Origin: an uncultured Rivularia sp.
Lineage (GTDB): Bacteria > Cyanobacteriota > Cyanobacteriia > Cyanobacteriales > Nostocaceae
Length of the DNA: 64,000 bases
Direction: 5' to 3'
Assembly: GCA_963665115.1 (NCBI GenBank)
Contig: OY762007.1
Span: 5,248,001 to 5,312,000, forward strand
Both the position numbers and the translations under genes were made by a program. Positions 21,150 through 30,385 of the stretch are shown here, one piece after another; position 1 is the first letter of the stretch; each line of letters opens with the position of its first letter. Under the pieces are notes generated by a model that saw only the letters and a program-made list of their open reading frames with translations, was not told the DNA's origin and did no database searches.

Positions 21150-21614
21150 TTAAAATGAATCTTTGCGATGACTGCACCGGATAATCCAGTAACTTATAGA
21201 TAAAGCAAAAACCGCCACTCCTAAACCAATAACCTTCATTCCATCCGTATTTTTCAAATCTAGAATAATAATTTTTCTCGCTACAGCAATTAAAGAAGTA
21301 GCAATTACTAGTTCAACGTGAATTACGCTTTTTCTCAGATAAGCAGTAATATTTTCTAAAATTTCTAAAGCAATTAAAATATTTAAGAATAGTCCGAAAG
21401 CTGTAAATAAGTTTTTATTAAAGCTTGCGTCATTCAAATCCCAAGCTAGCAATTTATTAATTACAAATATTACTAAATCTACAATAGCAATTAATATTAG
21501 TACTATCATCGTAATCGATAGTAACTTAGAAACTAAAACCTGAATCTTTTCAACTAAATGTAAGAAATTATCATTTCGACTGTATTTACGAATTATTCTA
21601 AAGAAATTCCTCAT
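21150..21614 (-). CDS. Phosphate-starvation-inducible PsiE family membrane protein
   Basis: Four hydrophobic segments, LIALEILENI and LIAVARKIIILD. Confidence 0.8.
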   Translation of the reverse strand: MRNFFRIIRKYSRNDNFLHLVEKIQVLVSKLLSITMIVLILIAIVDLVIFVINKLLAWDLNDASFNKNLFTAFGLFLNILIALEILENITAYLRKSVIHVELVIATSLIAVARKIIILDLKNTDGMKVIGLGVAVFALSISYWIIRCSHRKDSF

Positions 21615-21895
21615 GCTTCATACCTTGCAATCAAAAGTTTTAGATCGGTTAGCCTGGTTGGAGAAATGTGAAAGTAAATAAAATCAATTAAAAATCAGAA
21701 ATAACGCGGAATCATCTGTTGAAATTATCTGCTGCATTTATCACTATAAACAATTATTGGTCAAAACAATTCAAAATATGGTCAATTACTAAATAACAAA
21801 TTAATAAAAGCAAAACACCACTGAATAAATTCTTGCCTCAAACTACGAAAGAATATATTGTGTAAACTATTATCATGAATATAATTTGAGGAATC

Positions 21896-22318
21896 ATGAA
21901 TCGTCGTAACTTCTTAAACTGGGTTGGAATAGGTTTGCTAGCAAGTAATTTACCCGTAGCTATCGCAGCTTGTTCTTCAAAGGAAACAAAGCAAAGTACC
22001 TCAGAATCTCAAGAATGGGAAGAAGTTGGTACTTCTGACGAATTAAATACGAATGGTAAATTACTTGCAAAGAATACATCTGTTGGAGAAGTATTATTAG
22101 TTAAAACTTCGGTTCCTGGCGATTTAGTTGCGGTGAATCCTATCTGTACTCATTCAGGTTGTACCGTTGAATGGAAAGCAGATACAAATAAATTCGTTTG
22201 TCCCTGTCATGATTCTGAATTTGGTGTTGCTGGTAAAGTCGAAAAAGCACCAGCTACAAAACCTTTAAAAACCTATGCTGTCAAAGTTGAAGGCGAGAAA
22301 GTTTTAATTAGACAATGA
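21896..22318 (+). CDS. Small Rieske 2Fe-2S protein (PetC3-like) with a Tat/lipoprotein signal
   Basis: MNRRNFL twin-arginine motif, lipobox-like IAAC, CTHSGC and CPCH. Confidence 0.88.
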   Translation: MNRRNFLNWVGIGLLASNLPVAIAACSSKETKQSTSESQEWEEVGTSDELNTNGKLLAKNTSVGEVLLVKTSVPGDLVAVNPICTHSGCTVEWKADTNKFVCPCHDSEFGVAGKVEKAPATKPLKTYAVKVEGEKVLIRQ

Positions 22319-22584
22319 ATTCGATAATTATTTAGATTAGGACAGAATATGTAGAGCTAATTGTTATAGCGTTTATAGCTTGTTCCTATTCCCAAGCAAA
22401 ATTAATCCAACAAATATCATCAGACCTATTTTATTTATCTATAGTCTTGATTCGGATACAGAATCTATTTTTTGTGAATAAAAATACTGAATAAAAGCTG
22501 GCTGCAATACCGTAAGTCAATAGAAATAATTTATAATTAGAAGTGTATCTAATCCATTTAAAAACAGATAGTAAAAATACATAT

Positions 22585-22627
22585 GTAACATAAATTACGA
22601 ACAAAGATGGAAAAAGTACGTTAAGTT
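22585..22627 (+). promoter_or_regulatory. NtcA-activated promoter of ntcB
   Basis: GTA-ACATAAAT-TAC (22585-22598) is a GTAN8TAC box. A TAN3T -10 box (TAAGTT, 22622-22627) lies 23 nt downstream. Confidence 0.75.
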
Positions 22628-22663
22628 AAATTTGTTATAAAAATAACGATTAGCTACTCAAAA

Positions 22664-23593
22664 ATGCGGCTAGAACAGTTGCAAGCCTTCTTGGCGATCG
22701 CCGAGAGTGGCAGTTTTCAGAAAGCAGCGTACAAATGTAGTGTTACCCAATCTACAATTAGTCGCCAAATTCAAGCGTTAGAGGCAGATTTGGGTTTTGA
22801 ATTATTTCACAGAAATCAGTCAAAATTGACGCTGGCGGGTGAAACTTTACTGCCTCGCGCCCGTAAAATTTGTGTGGAGTGGCAAACTGCAAAGCAAGAA
22901 ATAACAGATTTAATCGCAGGAAAACAGCCAGAACTTTGTATTGCTTGTATTCCCTCAGTATGTGCTTATTATTTTCCACCTTTATTACAATTATTTTGCA
23001 AACAATACCCCGATGTACAATTACGGGTAACATCTTTAGGTAGCGATAGGGCACTAAAGGTTCTCAAAGATGGACTAGTTGATTTAGCAATTGTCATGAA
23101 CAATCGTTTTCTTACCACCAGTAAAGAAATGGTTGTCGAAACACTTTATGAAGAACCGATAGAAGTATTGATCTCAGTTAATCATCCATTAGCCGAATAT
23201 GAATGCATACCTTGGTTGGAATTAGTTCGCTATCGACAAGTGATTTTTAAAGAAGGTTATGGAATGCAACGTTTGGTGCAACATCAATTCGATCAAACCC
23301 ACACATTACTTAAATCGGCTTTAGAAGTAAATACCTTAGATGCTTTCCGGGGAATAGTACGTCAAGGAGAATTAATCGCTTTATTGCCAAGTTCCGCATT
23401 AATTGAAGCACGTACAGATCCCAGTCTTGCAACTCGTCCTTTTGTTATTAACAACAACGGTTCTTCCGTCCACAGTACATCCTTAACTCGCCAAGTAGTA
23501 ATAGTAACAACTCAAGACCGCTTACAAATTCCTCCTATACAACATTTTTGGCATCTAGTCACCCAAGAAATTCCCAAACAGATTAACGGTTAG
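22664..23593 (+). CDS. ntcB: LysR-type nitrate assimilation regulator NtcB
   Basis: LysR HTH MRLEQLQAFLAIAESGSFQKAA...TQSTISRQI. Upstream NtcA box and a downstream cnaT-like gene, as in Anabaena. Confidence 0.82.
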   Translation: MRLEQLQAFLAIAESGSFQKAAYKCSVTQSTISRQIQALEADLGFELFHRNQSKLTLAGETLLPRARKICVEWQTAKQEITDLIAGKQPELCIACIPSVCAYYFPPLLQLFCKQYPDVQLRVTSLGSDRALKVLKDGLVDLAIVMNNRFLTTSKEMVVETLYEEPIEVLISVNHPLAEYECIPWLELVRYRQVIFKEGYGMQRLVQHQFDQTHTLLKSALEVNTLDAFRGIVRQGELIALLPSSALIEARTDPSLATRPFVINNNGSSVHSTSLTRQVVIVTTQDRLQIPPIQHFWHLVTQEIPKQING

Positions 23594-23709
23594 GAGTTAA
23601 GAGTTATGAGTCGTGAGTCGTGAGTAGCAAGTAGCGAAATAGTTATTTGTCCCCTTGTCCCCCCATCCCCCCCTCTCCCCATCTCCGAAGGGCGTTAACT
23701 ACAGATAAA

Positions 23710-24756
23710 ATGAGCAATTTATTTAGAGATTTACTAAAAAAAATAGGTAGCGGTCAACATACTTCAGATAATTTAACTCGTACTGAGGCAGGATTGGCAA
23801 CCAAAATGATGTTGCTTGGGGAAGCAAAGCCAGCACAGATTGGTGCTTTTTTGATTGCACATCGGATCAAACGACCTACTAGCGAAGAATTGGCAGGAAT
23901 GTTGGATGCTTACAACGAACTTGGGCCAAGATTACAAGCAATCGAGGGCGAGCGACCGACTATTGTTTTTGGTATACCTTACGATGGCAGAACCCGAACC
24001 GCACCAATTAGCCCGATAACAGCTTTATTGTTAGCTTGTTGCGGTCAAAATGTAATCATGCACGGTGGCGATCGCCTTCCGACAAAATATGGACTTCCGC
24101 TGGTAAAAATTTGGCAAGGTTTGGGTATTGATTGGACAAAGTTGGAATTAGCAAAAACTCAACAGGTTCTAGAAAAAACAGGAATTGGTTTTGTTTATAC
24201 ACCTCTGCATTTTCCCTTACTAGAAAGTATTTGGGAATACCGCGAGCAAATCGGTAAACGTCCGCCCTTTGCCACAATGGAATTAATTTGGTGCCCTTAT
24301 GTTGGGGATGCTCATATCATTACTGGGTTTGTTCATCCGCCCACAGAAGAAAGGTTTCAAGCAACCTTATCTCACATGGGAATAACCAAATTTACAACAG
24401 TCAAAGGTTTAGAAGGCAGTTGCGATTTACCGCGCGATCGCACTGCGATTATCGGCTATTGTAATGGTAATAATGTTCTCGAAAGATTACTTCTAGTACC
24501 TCGTGAATATGGCTTTACTACCAAAAACGTACCTTTGAATAGTACTGAAAAATTAAGATCGGATATGAGATCAGTTTTAGCTGGTTTGCCATCGGAATTG
24601 ATGCAAACAGCATTATGGAATAGCGGATTTTACTTATTTCGTTGCGGAATTTGTGCGAATATGTCTGAAGGTTTAGCAAAAGCTAAAGAACTTTTTGATT
24701 CTGGAGCCGTATTGAAAAAACTTCGAGAATTAGAGTCAACTATTAATTCTATATAA
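23710..24756 (+). CDS. cnaT: Anthranilate phosphoribosyltransferase-like protein CnaT
   Basis: TrpD-like fold (QIGAFLIAHRIK, PYDGR, MHGG, KGLEGS), adjacent to ntcB. Start placed at MSNLF (23710); the upstream extension is repeat-derived. Confidence 0.8.
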   Translation: MSNLFRDLLKKIGSGQHTSDNLTRTEAGLATKMMLLGEAKPAQIGAFLIAHRIKRPTSEELAGMLDAYNELGPRLQAIEGERPTIVFGIPYDGRTRTAPISPITALLLACCGQNVIMHGGDRLPTKYGLPLVKIWQGLGIDWTKLELAKTQQVLEKTGIGFVYTPLHFPLLESIWEYREQIGKRPPFATMELIWCPYVGDAHIITGFVHPPTEERFQATLSHMGITKFTTVKGLEGSCDLPRDRTAIIGYCNGNNVLERLLLVPREYGFTTKNVPLNSTEKLRSDMRSVLAGLPSELMQTALWNSGFYLFRCGICANMSEGLAKAKELFDSGAVLKKLRELESTINSI

Positions 24757-24817
24757 TCTATAATTTTGGATGATTTGCCTTTAATGCTTTATTTATAGTT
24801 TTCCAATAGATAGATAT

Positions 24818-24852
24818 GAACAAATAACAAATAACAAATAACAAATAACAAA
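24818..24852. repeat. STRR tandem repeat (AACAAAT)n, about 5 copies
   Basis: Directly visible. Confidence 0.85.
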
Positions 24853-24907
24853 TTTATTCAACCTTCAACCTTTAACCTGTTTTCGTTCATTAGGGAGAAA
24901 ATCTACT

Positions 24908-25510
24908 ATGGCAGCACAGAAAATTTTAATGATTGTTGGAGACTATGTAGAAGATTATGAAGTGATGGTTCCCTTCCAAGCTTTACAAATGGTTGGACAC
25001 ACCGTTGATGCTGTATGCCCCGAGAAAAAAGCTGGTGAAAAAGTAAGAACAGCTATCCATGATTTTGAAGGGGATCAAACTTACAGCGAGAAACCCGGTC
25101 ATAATTTTACTTTAAACGCTGATTTTGCCACAGTAGACGAAAGCAAATATCACGCTCTTGTTATTCCTGGAGGAAGGGCACCGGAATACATTCGTTTAAA
25201 TCAAAGAGTATTAGAAATTACCCAGCATTTTGCCCAAAAGAATAAACCTATCGCTGCAATCTGTCATGGTTTACAAGTTTTAGCTGCTGCTAATGTATTG
25301 CAAGGCAAAACCTGTACTGGATACCCAGCCTGTAGCCCAGATATAGGTAGTGCTGGAGGTAAATATGTAGATGTTAGTGCTTCGGAAGTAGTAGTTGATG
25401 GTGGCTTAATAACTGCACCCGCTTGGCCAGCGCATCCTCAGTGGTTGGCTGAATTTCTCAAAGCGCTTGGCACAAAAATCGAGCATTCCGAGATGGCTAC
25501 ACTAGCTTAA
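24908..25510 (+). CDS. DJ-1/PfpI family protein
   Basis: [12 protein letters not shown] and AAICHG nucleophile elbow. Confidence 0.92.
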   Translation: MAAQKILMIVGDYVEDYEVMVPFQALQMVGHTVDAVCPEKKAGEKVRTAIHDFEGDQTYSEKPGHNFTLNADFATVDESKYHALVIPGGRAPEYIRLNQRVLEITQHFAQKNKPIAAICHGLQVLAAANVLQGKTCTGYPACSPDIGSAGGKYVDVSASEVVVDGGLITAPAWPAHPQWLAEFLKALGTKIEHSEMATLA

Positions 25511-26035
25511 TTGACCGATGAATTCTATTAAACATCAGTCATTTGCCAGTTTTTAATTCTTTCTGCACTGGCAAATGTACTGACTTACTGAAAAAATGCT
25601 TGAATACAAATTACCCTAAAGGGCAAGGGCAAATTCAAAAAAATCTACAAATAATAAAATTTTAAATAACTATATATCGCTGCAATTTGTTTTTTGAATT
25701 TTATAAATACAAAATTATCGTTTAAGTCAAGACAGTAAATATACAGTTAAGCCAAACTACATAAAACAACTCTTTTTGATAACTATTACAATGCGTAAAA
25801 TTTATAATTCAACAAAGCCAAAATACTCAATTTAGCGTAGACTAAGATAATGGGTCACATACCGGCACTTGTTACAATATCGGGTAGGACTTTTTATGAT
25901 AAAATTTCACTTCCTCCAAAGCGTAAACTTTCTTTGTATTAACAAGCAAAGTTGCATATTAGAAATAAAGTTGCGTGGTTAAGTCTTACTACCAACAAAA
26001 ACCACTTTATATAGTTGAGAAATAATACTGACTCG

Positions 26036-27403
26036 ATGACAGGCAAAAACGCAAGACAGAATGCATTTCTGCGGCTAGTGTCTGGTAAGGAATCAGAAAC
26101 ACGATCGGTTCGTCAACGCTACTCGCTAACTCCAACTTCAGAAGCAGTAATAGGACGAGATCCCCACTGTCAAGTTGTATTGGATGCATTAAAGTATCGC
26201 ATGGTATCTCGCCGTCATGCGATAGTTCGTCCCCTAAGTTTATCCCCGGATGGTGAAATCAGTTGGATACTTTGCGATTTAGATAGTGCTAACGGTACTT
26301 ATCTTAATGGAAAACGCTTGCAGGAATGTCAGCAAGTTTTCCCTGGCGATCGCATTACTTTAGGCTACGATGGACCTCAACTAGTTTTTAGTAGCGAAGT
26401 GGTTGAAAAAAGAACCATAATTTCTGCGAATACATCCGTTGCCCGAACAACAAGTTCTCAAAACTATTCCAAACCAGACTCAGTTAGCTTCACTCAATTA
26501 TTTCCCATAATTTCTACAGGTAAAGACTTAACTAGTAAAGCATATTTAATACCTGGAATTTTAACAGTTATATTTGTAGTACTAATGTTTGCTACGGTAG
26601 GAAAGCCGGAAGCAAATCAAGTTATAGTTGCTGTTTATATTGCTTTTGCTGCTTACTATTTTATTTATCAGCTGTGTGGTAAGCATAAACCCTGGTGGGT
26701 TTTATTAGCTATGGCTTTATCCACCGCTTTGATTTTAGTTAGCCCTATATTAAATTTATTTCTTTTTGTATTTCGCGAACTCTTGCCAGGTAGATTACCT
26801 TCAGGAGAAGAATCAATCACTTTTACAGAATTACTAGTGCGAATGTTTTTCGGCGCTGGCTTAATGGAAGAATTACTTAAAATACTACCAGTTATAGCTA
26901 TATATTTTATCGGCTTAAAATTATCCTCGCCTTGGAAAGAGCGTATTGGAGTGTGGGAACCTTTAGATGGCATTTTACTTGGTGCAGCCTCTGCCGTAGG
27001 TTTTACCTTATTAGAAACACTCGGGCAATACGTACCCGAAGCTACTCAAAATGCTGCTATTCAAGCGGGGCTAGAAACAGGTCAATTAGTCGGTTTACAG
27101 TTATTAATTCCTCGGATTTTAGGCTCTGTGGCCGGACACATGGCTTATAGCGGATATCTTGGATATTTCATCGGTTTAGCCGTGCTTAAACCAAAATTAG
27201 GAGGACAAATTTTACTAGTTGGCTACCTGAGCGCATCAGCACTTCACGCTTTATGGAATACAACTGGGGCTAACAATGCTTTACTTTTAGTTATCGTAGG
27301 CGTTTTATCTTATGCTTTTTTAATGGCTGCAATTCTTAAAGCAAGGGCGCTTTCACCCAATCGTGAAGAAAATTTCGCCACCCGATTTTTTGGAAATAAG
27401 TAA
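26036..27403 (+). CDS. FHA domain + PrsW family intramembrane protease
   Basis: FHA motifs IGRD, VSRRHA, SANGTYLNG. PrsW motifs EELLK, GFTLLE, GHMAY, HALWN. Multiple TM helices. Confidence 0.9.
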   Translation: MTGKNARQNAFLRLVSGKESETRSVRQRYSLTPTSEAVIGRDPHCQVVLDALKYRMVSRRHAIVRPLSLSPDGEISWILCDLDSANGTYLNGKRLQECQQVFPGDRITLGYDGPQLVFSSEVVEKRTIISANTSVARTTSSQNYSKPDSVSFTQLFPIISTGKDLTSKAYLIPGILTVIFVVLMFATVGKPEANQVIVAVYIAFAAYYFIYQLCGKHKPWWVLLAMALSTALILVSPILNLFLFVFRELLPGRLPSGEESITFTELLVRMFFGAGLMEELLKILPVIAIYFIGLKLSSPWKERIGVWEPLDGILLGAASAVGFTLLETLGQYVPEATQNAAIQAGLETGQLVGLQLLIPRILGSVAGHMAYSGYLGYFIGLAVLKPKLGGQILLVGYLSASALHALWNTTGANNALLLVIVGVLSYAFLMAAILKARALSPNREENFATRFFGNK

Positions 27404-27784
27404 TTCAGTTATCAATTATCAGTAAAACTTCTTCAAAACCCTTCAACGTCAAATTTGAATTCTTCCTCTGAAGTCGAAAAGGCAATCATTTATTTATATT
27501 CTGGGGATTTACATTTATTCGCTGTATTAAATTAGCTTTGTTTTCAAGGTAGTTGATCGTTACTAACAACTAACCACCAACAACTAACAACTAATTATTA
27601 ATATGTCTTTTGATAGATGAGACTGGAGAATTAACTATTTTATTCTTTATGTATGATGGGTAAATCTACCCCAAGAAAGAAAAATCCTAAAAATAGCCTA
27701 GCCCCAGCCATAAGGAACACAACTAAATTGCATTTGTACTGCCATTAAAGTCAGAAATGGCGATAAATTTTTTAGAAGAAATAT

Positions 27785-28441
27785 TTACTCTTCTGTTTGA
27801 GAGCTATCTAACTGGTTTAGTGCATGATAAGCCACTGCTAACCCTGCTTTTGCTTGCTCAATTTCTGATAAAGCTGCCCATTCACGATTGTCGTCTCGAT
27901 CTAAGTTAGCAAGGGTGGATTCAACTTTATTTGGTTCGCCACTTCTGGTTGCGTAAGCGATCGGACGCGCTAAAACCATGATGTCATCAACTTCTAAACT
28001 TGGTAATACAGCTTGTACGCACTCAATGAGTTGTTCGGTAATTGGCTGTTTCTGGTTAAAAATTTCTGCTGCTTTTTGAGCAATCAAGCCGATCCAAGAC
28101 GACGGCATACTATTAGAAAACTGTTTTTGTAAATTTTTCTGAAGCTTAACCGCTACTGTAGTATTTGTATTACAATTAGACTGTTCTGAAGTATCGCACT
28201 TAGACCAAAGTGCATCTAGTTGGTTGTGGAAACCTTCGCACCGCGTACTTAATTCTTCGTCTAGCAAATCTTGCATCACAAATTGCTCTTCGAGTTGATT
28301 AAAGTAAGCTGTAGTATCCTCGTCACAGGGATTCCAGGGATAACTGTTATCTTCTGGTTCTAATAGAGTTGCAAGTAAATCCAATTCGGTTTGAGAAAGT
28401 GAATTATTAAAATTGTTAGAACCTTTCATTTTGTCAGCCAT
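27785..28441 (-). CDS. Conserved hypothetical protein, possibly PatU3-like
   Basis: 218 aa with an AGGAG RBS, a YPW motif and a helical C-terminal domain. The resemblance to PatU3 is from memory only. Confidence 0.75.
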   Translation of the reverse strand: MADKMKGSNNFNNSLSQTELDLLATLLEPEDNSYPWNPCDEDTTAYFNQLEEQFVMQDLLDEELSTRCEGFHNQLDALWSKCDTSEQSNCNTNTTVAVKLQKNLQKQFSNSMPSSWIGLIAQKAAEIFNQKQPITEQLIECVQAVLPSLEVDDIMVLARPIAYATRSGEPNKVESTLANLDRDDNREWAALSEIEQAKAGLAVAYHALNQLDSSQTEE

Positions 28442-28699
28442 GTGTTGTGTCTCCTTTTGTCTTGGGAATTGGGGTATTGACAGCTACAGCATCCGTTCTC
28501 TCATTTCCGCAAACTGAGATCTTATTTTATTTACTTAAAAAGGTTTCAACTTTAAGTAGCTGTGTATCGTCTATGTTAGTGCTTGAACAATGAAATCGTA
28601 AAAATTTGATAAACATAGAAAAACTGTTTAATCGAAGGAAAAATACTTAGTAAGCTCTATATTCCCTATTCCCCCCTTGCCTTAACCGAATTCATATAT

Positions 28700-30262
28700 C
28701 TAATTTTCAATGCGAAATTCCCAAGTTTGACTCTTAGTGCTACCAAATTTCAAGTGCATTCCCGATTCTAAAGGTACTTCTCGTCGGTAGATTTGTTCCC
28801 AACCACCGGAACGTAAAATCCAAGTAGTGCCATAGGTCGAAAAATCTTGTAAATAGTAAGTTTGGATTTGAATCTCGCCGTTGAGGTTATTACGACGTAG
28901 AATTTCAGCGTGACGTTTTGAAACTGAAGGTTCTCTAATTACAATATCATTTTCTTTAGTGCGACCAATACGGGTAACTCCAGGCTTGAGTAAGTAACTT
29001 CTGCCTCCTGCTTGTAAAGAACGTAGGGAAACATTAGCACTACCGGGAATAAAAGTTGTTGGTATTTCTGTAGCACCTTCCTCAAAACTCTTTAGTAATT
29101 CTCCGTCAAAATGAGGATGTAGGTAAAGAACTGGTAGAGTCCAAGCAGGTTGGTTGAAATGATAAATAGTTAATAATCTTTTTCTACCTTCAGCGACTGC
29201 TTCATCAATGGGTTTGCGAGTACGTAAAGCTAAAGCAAAAGTTTGAATAAAGCTGTGGCTTTCCTCATCAGTAATTTCATCGCGCATTCCCAGTACTGCT
29301 GGTACACCTTGACGGATCAGAACTTCAGCTAAACTACTATGAGCAATGGCTCTATTTTTGTCAGAGAAAGGTTGCGCTCCCCAACAAGCATTAAAAACTG
29401 CCAGCTTTACATCACTACGGGTTAAAGCTTGTGCTAGTTCCATACCGTTTAAGGTCATGTCATCTAGTAAAAATAGAAACCCGCCATCGGGACCTGGTAA
29501 ACCATGACCGGCATAAAAGAAAACGTTGTAGGCTTTGGTTTCTAGCTCCGAAATTAACTGCTGTGGAGTTGGCTTTACCAATGTTTTGACCATGCAAGCA
29601 GCGTATCCCGAATTGCTACCTACTTGATTACCACCAGAAAGAGTCGCCTGAAGAATAGCTGCTTCTGTTTCAAGTTGGAGATTTTCGTCTTCACCTAGAA
29701 CTAACAAGATATTTAAAGCTTGATCGGTACGCGAAGAAGCTAATGGTTCGACTTGAGAAGTAGTACGACTAAACAATAGATGTTGAGAAAGCGACATTGC
29801 GGGTTGTCCAGGTTCGCGCTGCATAACTTCCCAAGGAAGAGCAATCAAATCTGGTTCGCGGATTTCCAATCGAAAGCGCAAACGTGTATGCTGACCCATA
29901 GCGATACCGCGACTGCGTTCCAAACTGCCAAGAATTTCTCCTTCAAATACCCAGCGCCATAAGCTAACTCCCATATATTGCATTAAACGGCTGCTATAAC
30001 TGGTTTTTTTGCCGGAAGTTGGTGATAGGGAATTTAAGGGAAGTGGAGTTGCAGTTTTAGACTTATTTTTCGGCAATATATCCAAGCGAGAATGTCCGGC
30101 GAACATTTCTTGCCACTCTAGCCAAGCTTGATTTAGTTCTGGCGGCCATAAACAATCATGTAAAACATAACCACTGGGATACGGGGCATTTACCACCCAA
30201 ATGGCGTAATTATCTGTGCCAGTGTGAACTAGACGGGCGATCGCCAGGTTTAGGGATGGCAT
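28700..30262 (-). CDS. HetF-like CHAT (caspase-family) protease with a C-terminal FHA domain
   Basis: LPWE, catalytic FYAGHG and FNACWG, VPAVLGMR. FHA motifs IGRT, VSKRHA, STYGT. Confidence 0.88.
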   Translation of the reverse strand: MPSLNLAIARLVHTGTDNYAIWVVNAPYPSGYVLHDCLWPPELNQAWLEWQEMFAGHSRLDILPKNKSKTATPLPLNSLSPTSGKKTSYSSRLMQYMGVSLWRWVFEGEILGSLERSRGIAMGQHTRLRFRLEIREPDLIALPWEVMQREPGQPAMSLSQHLLFSRTTSQVEPLASSRTDQALNILLVLGEDENLQLETEAAILQATLSGGNQVGSNSGYAACMVKTLVKPTPQQLISELETKAYNVFFYAGHGLPGPDGGFLFLLDDMTLNGMELAQALTRSDVKLAVFNACWGAQPFSDKNRAIAHSSLAEVLIRQGVPAVLGMRDEITDEESHSFIQTFALALRTRKPIDEAVAEGRKRLLTIYHFNQPAWTLPVLYLHPHFDGELLKSFEEGATEIPTTFIPGSANVSLRSLQAGGRSYLLKPGVTRIGRTKENDIVIREPSVSKRHAEILRRNNLNGEIQIQTYYLQDFSTYGTTWILRSGGWEQIYRREVPLESGMHLKFGSTKSQTWEFRIEN

Positions 30263-30385
30263 GGATTCTTTAAACTTAAAGCTAAATTTTTGTCAAGCAA
30301 AATGTTTACCTAAAAATTATATTTTCAGGCGATTATCTGTTTATTTCAGTTTCTTATAGTTTATCGAGTTTTGAGATGGGTGCTG

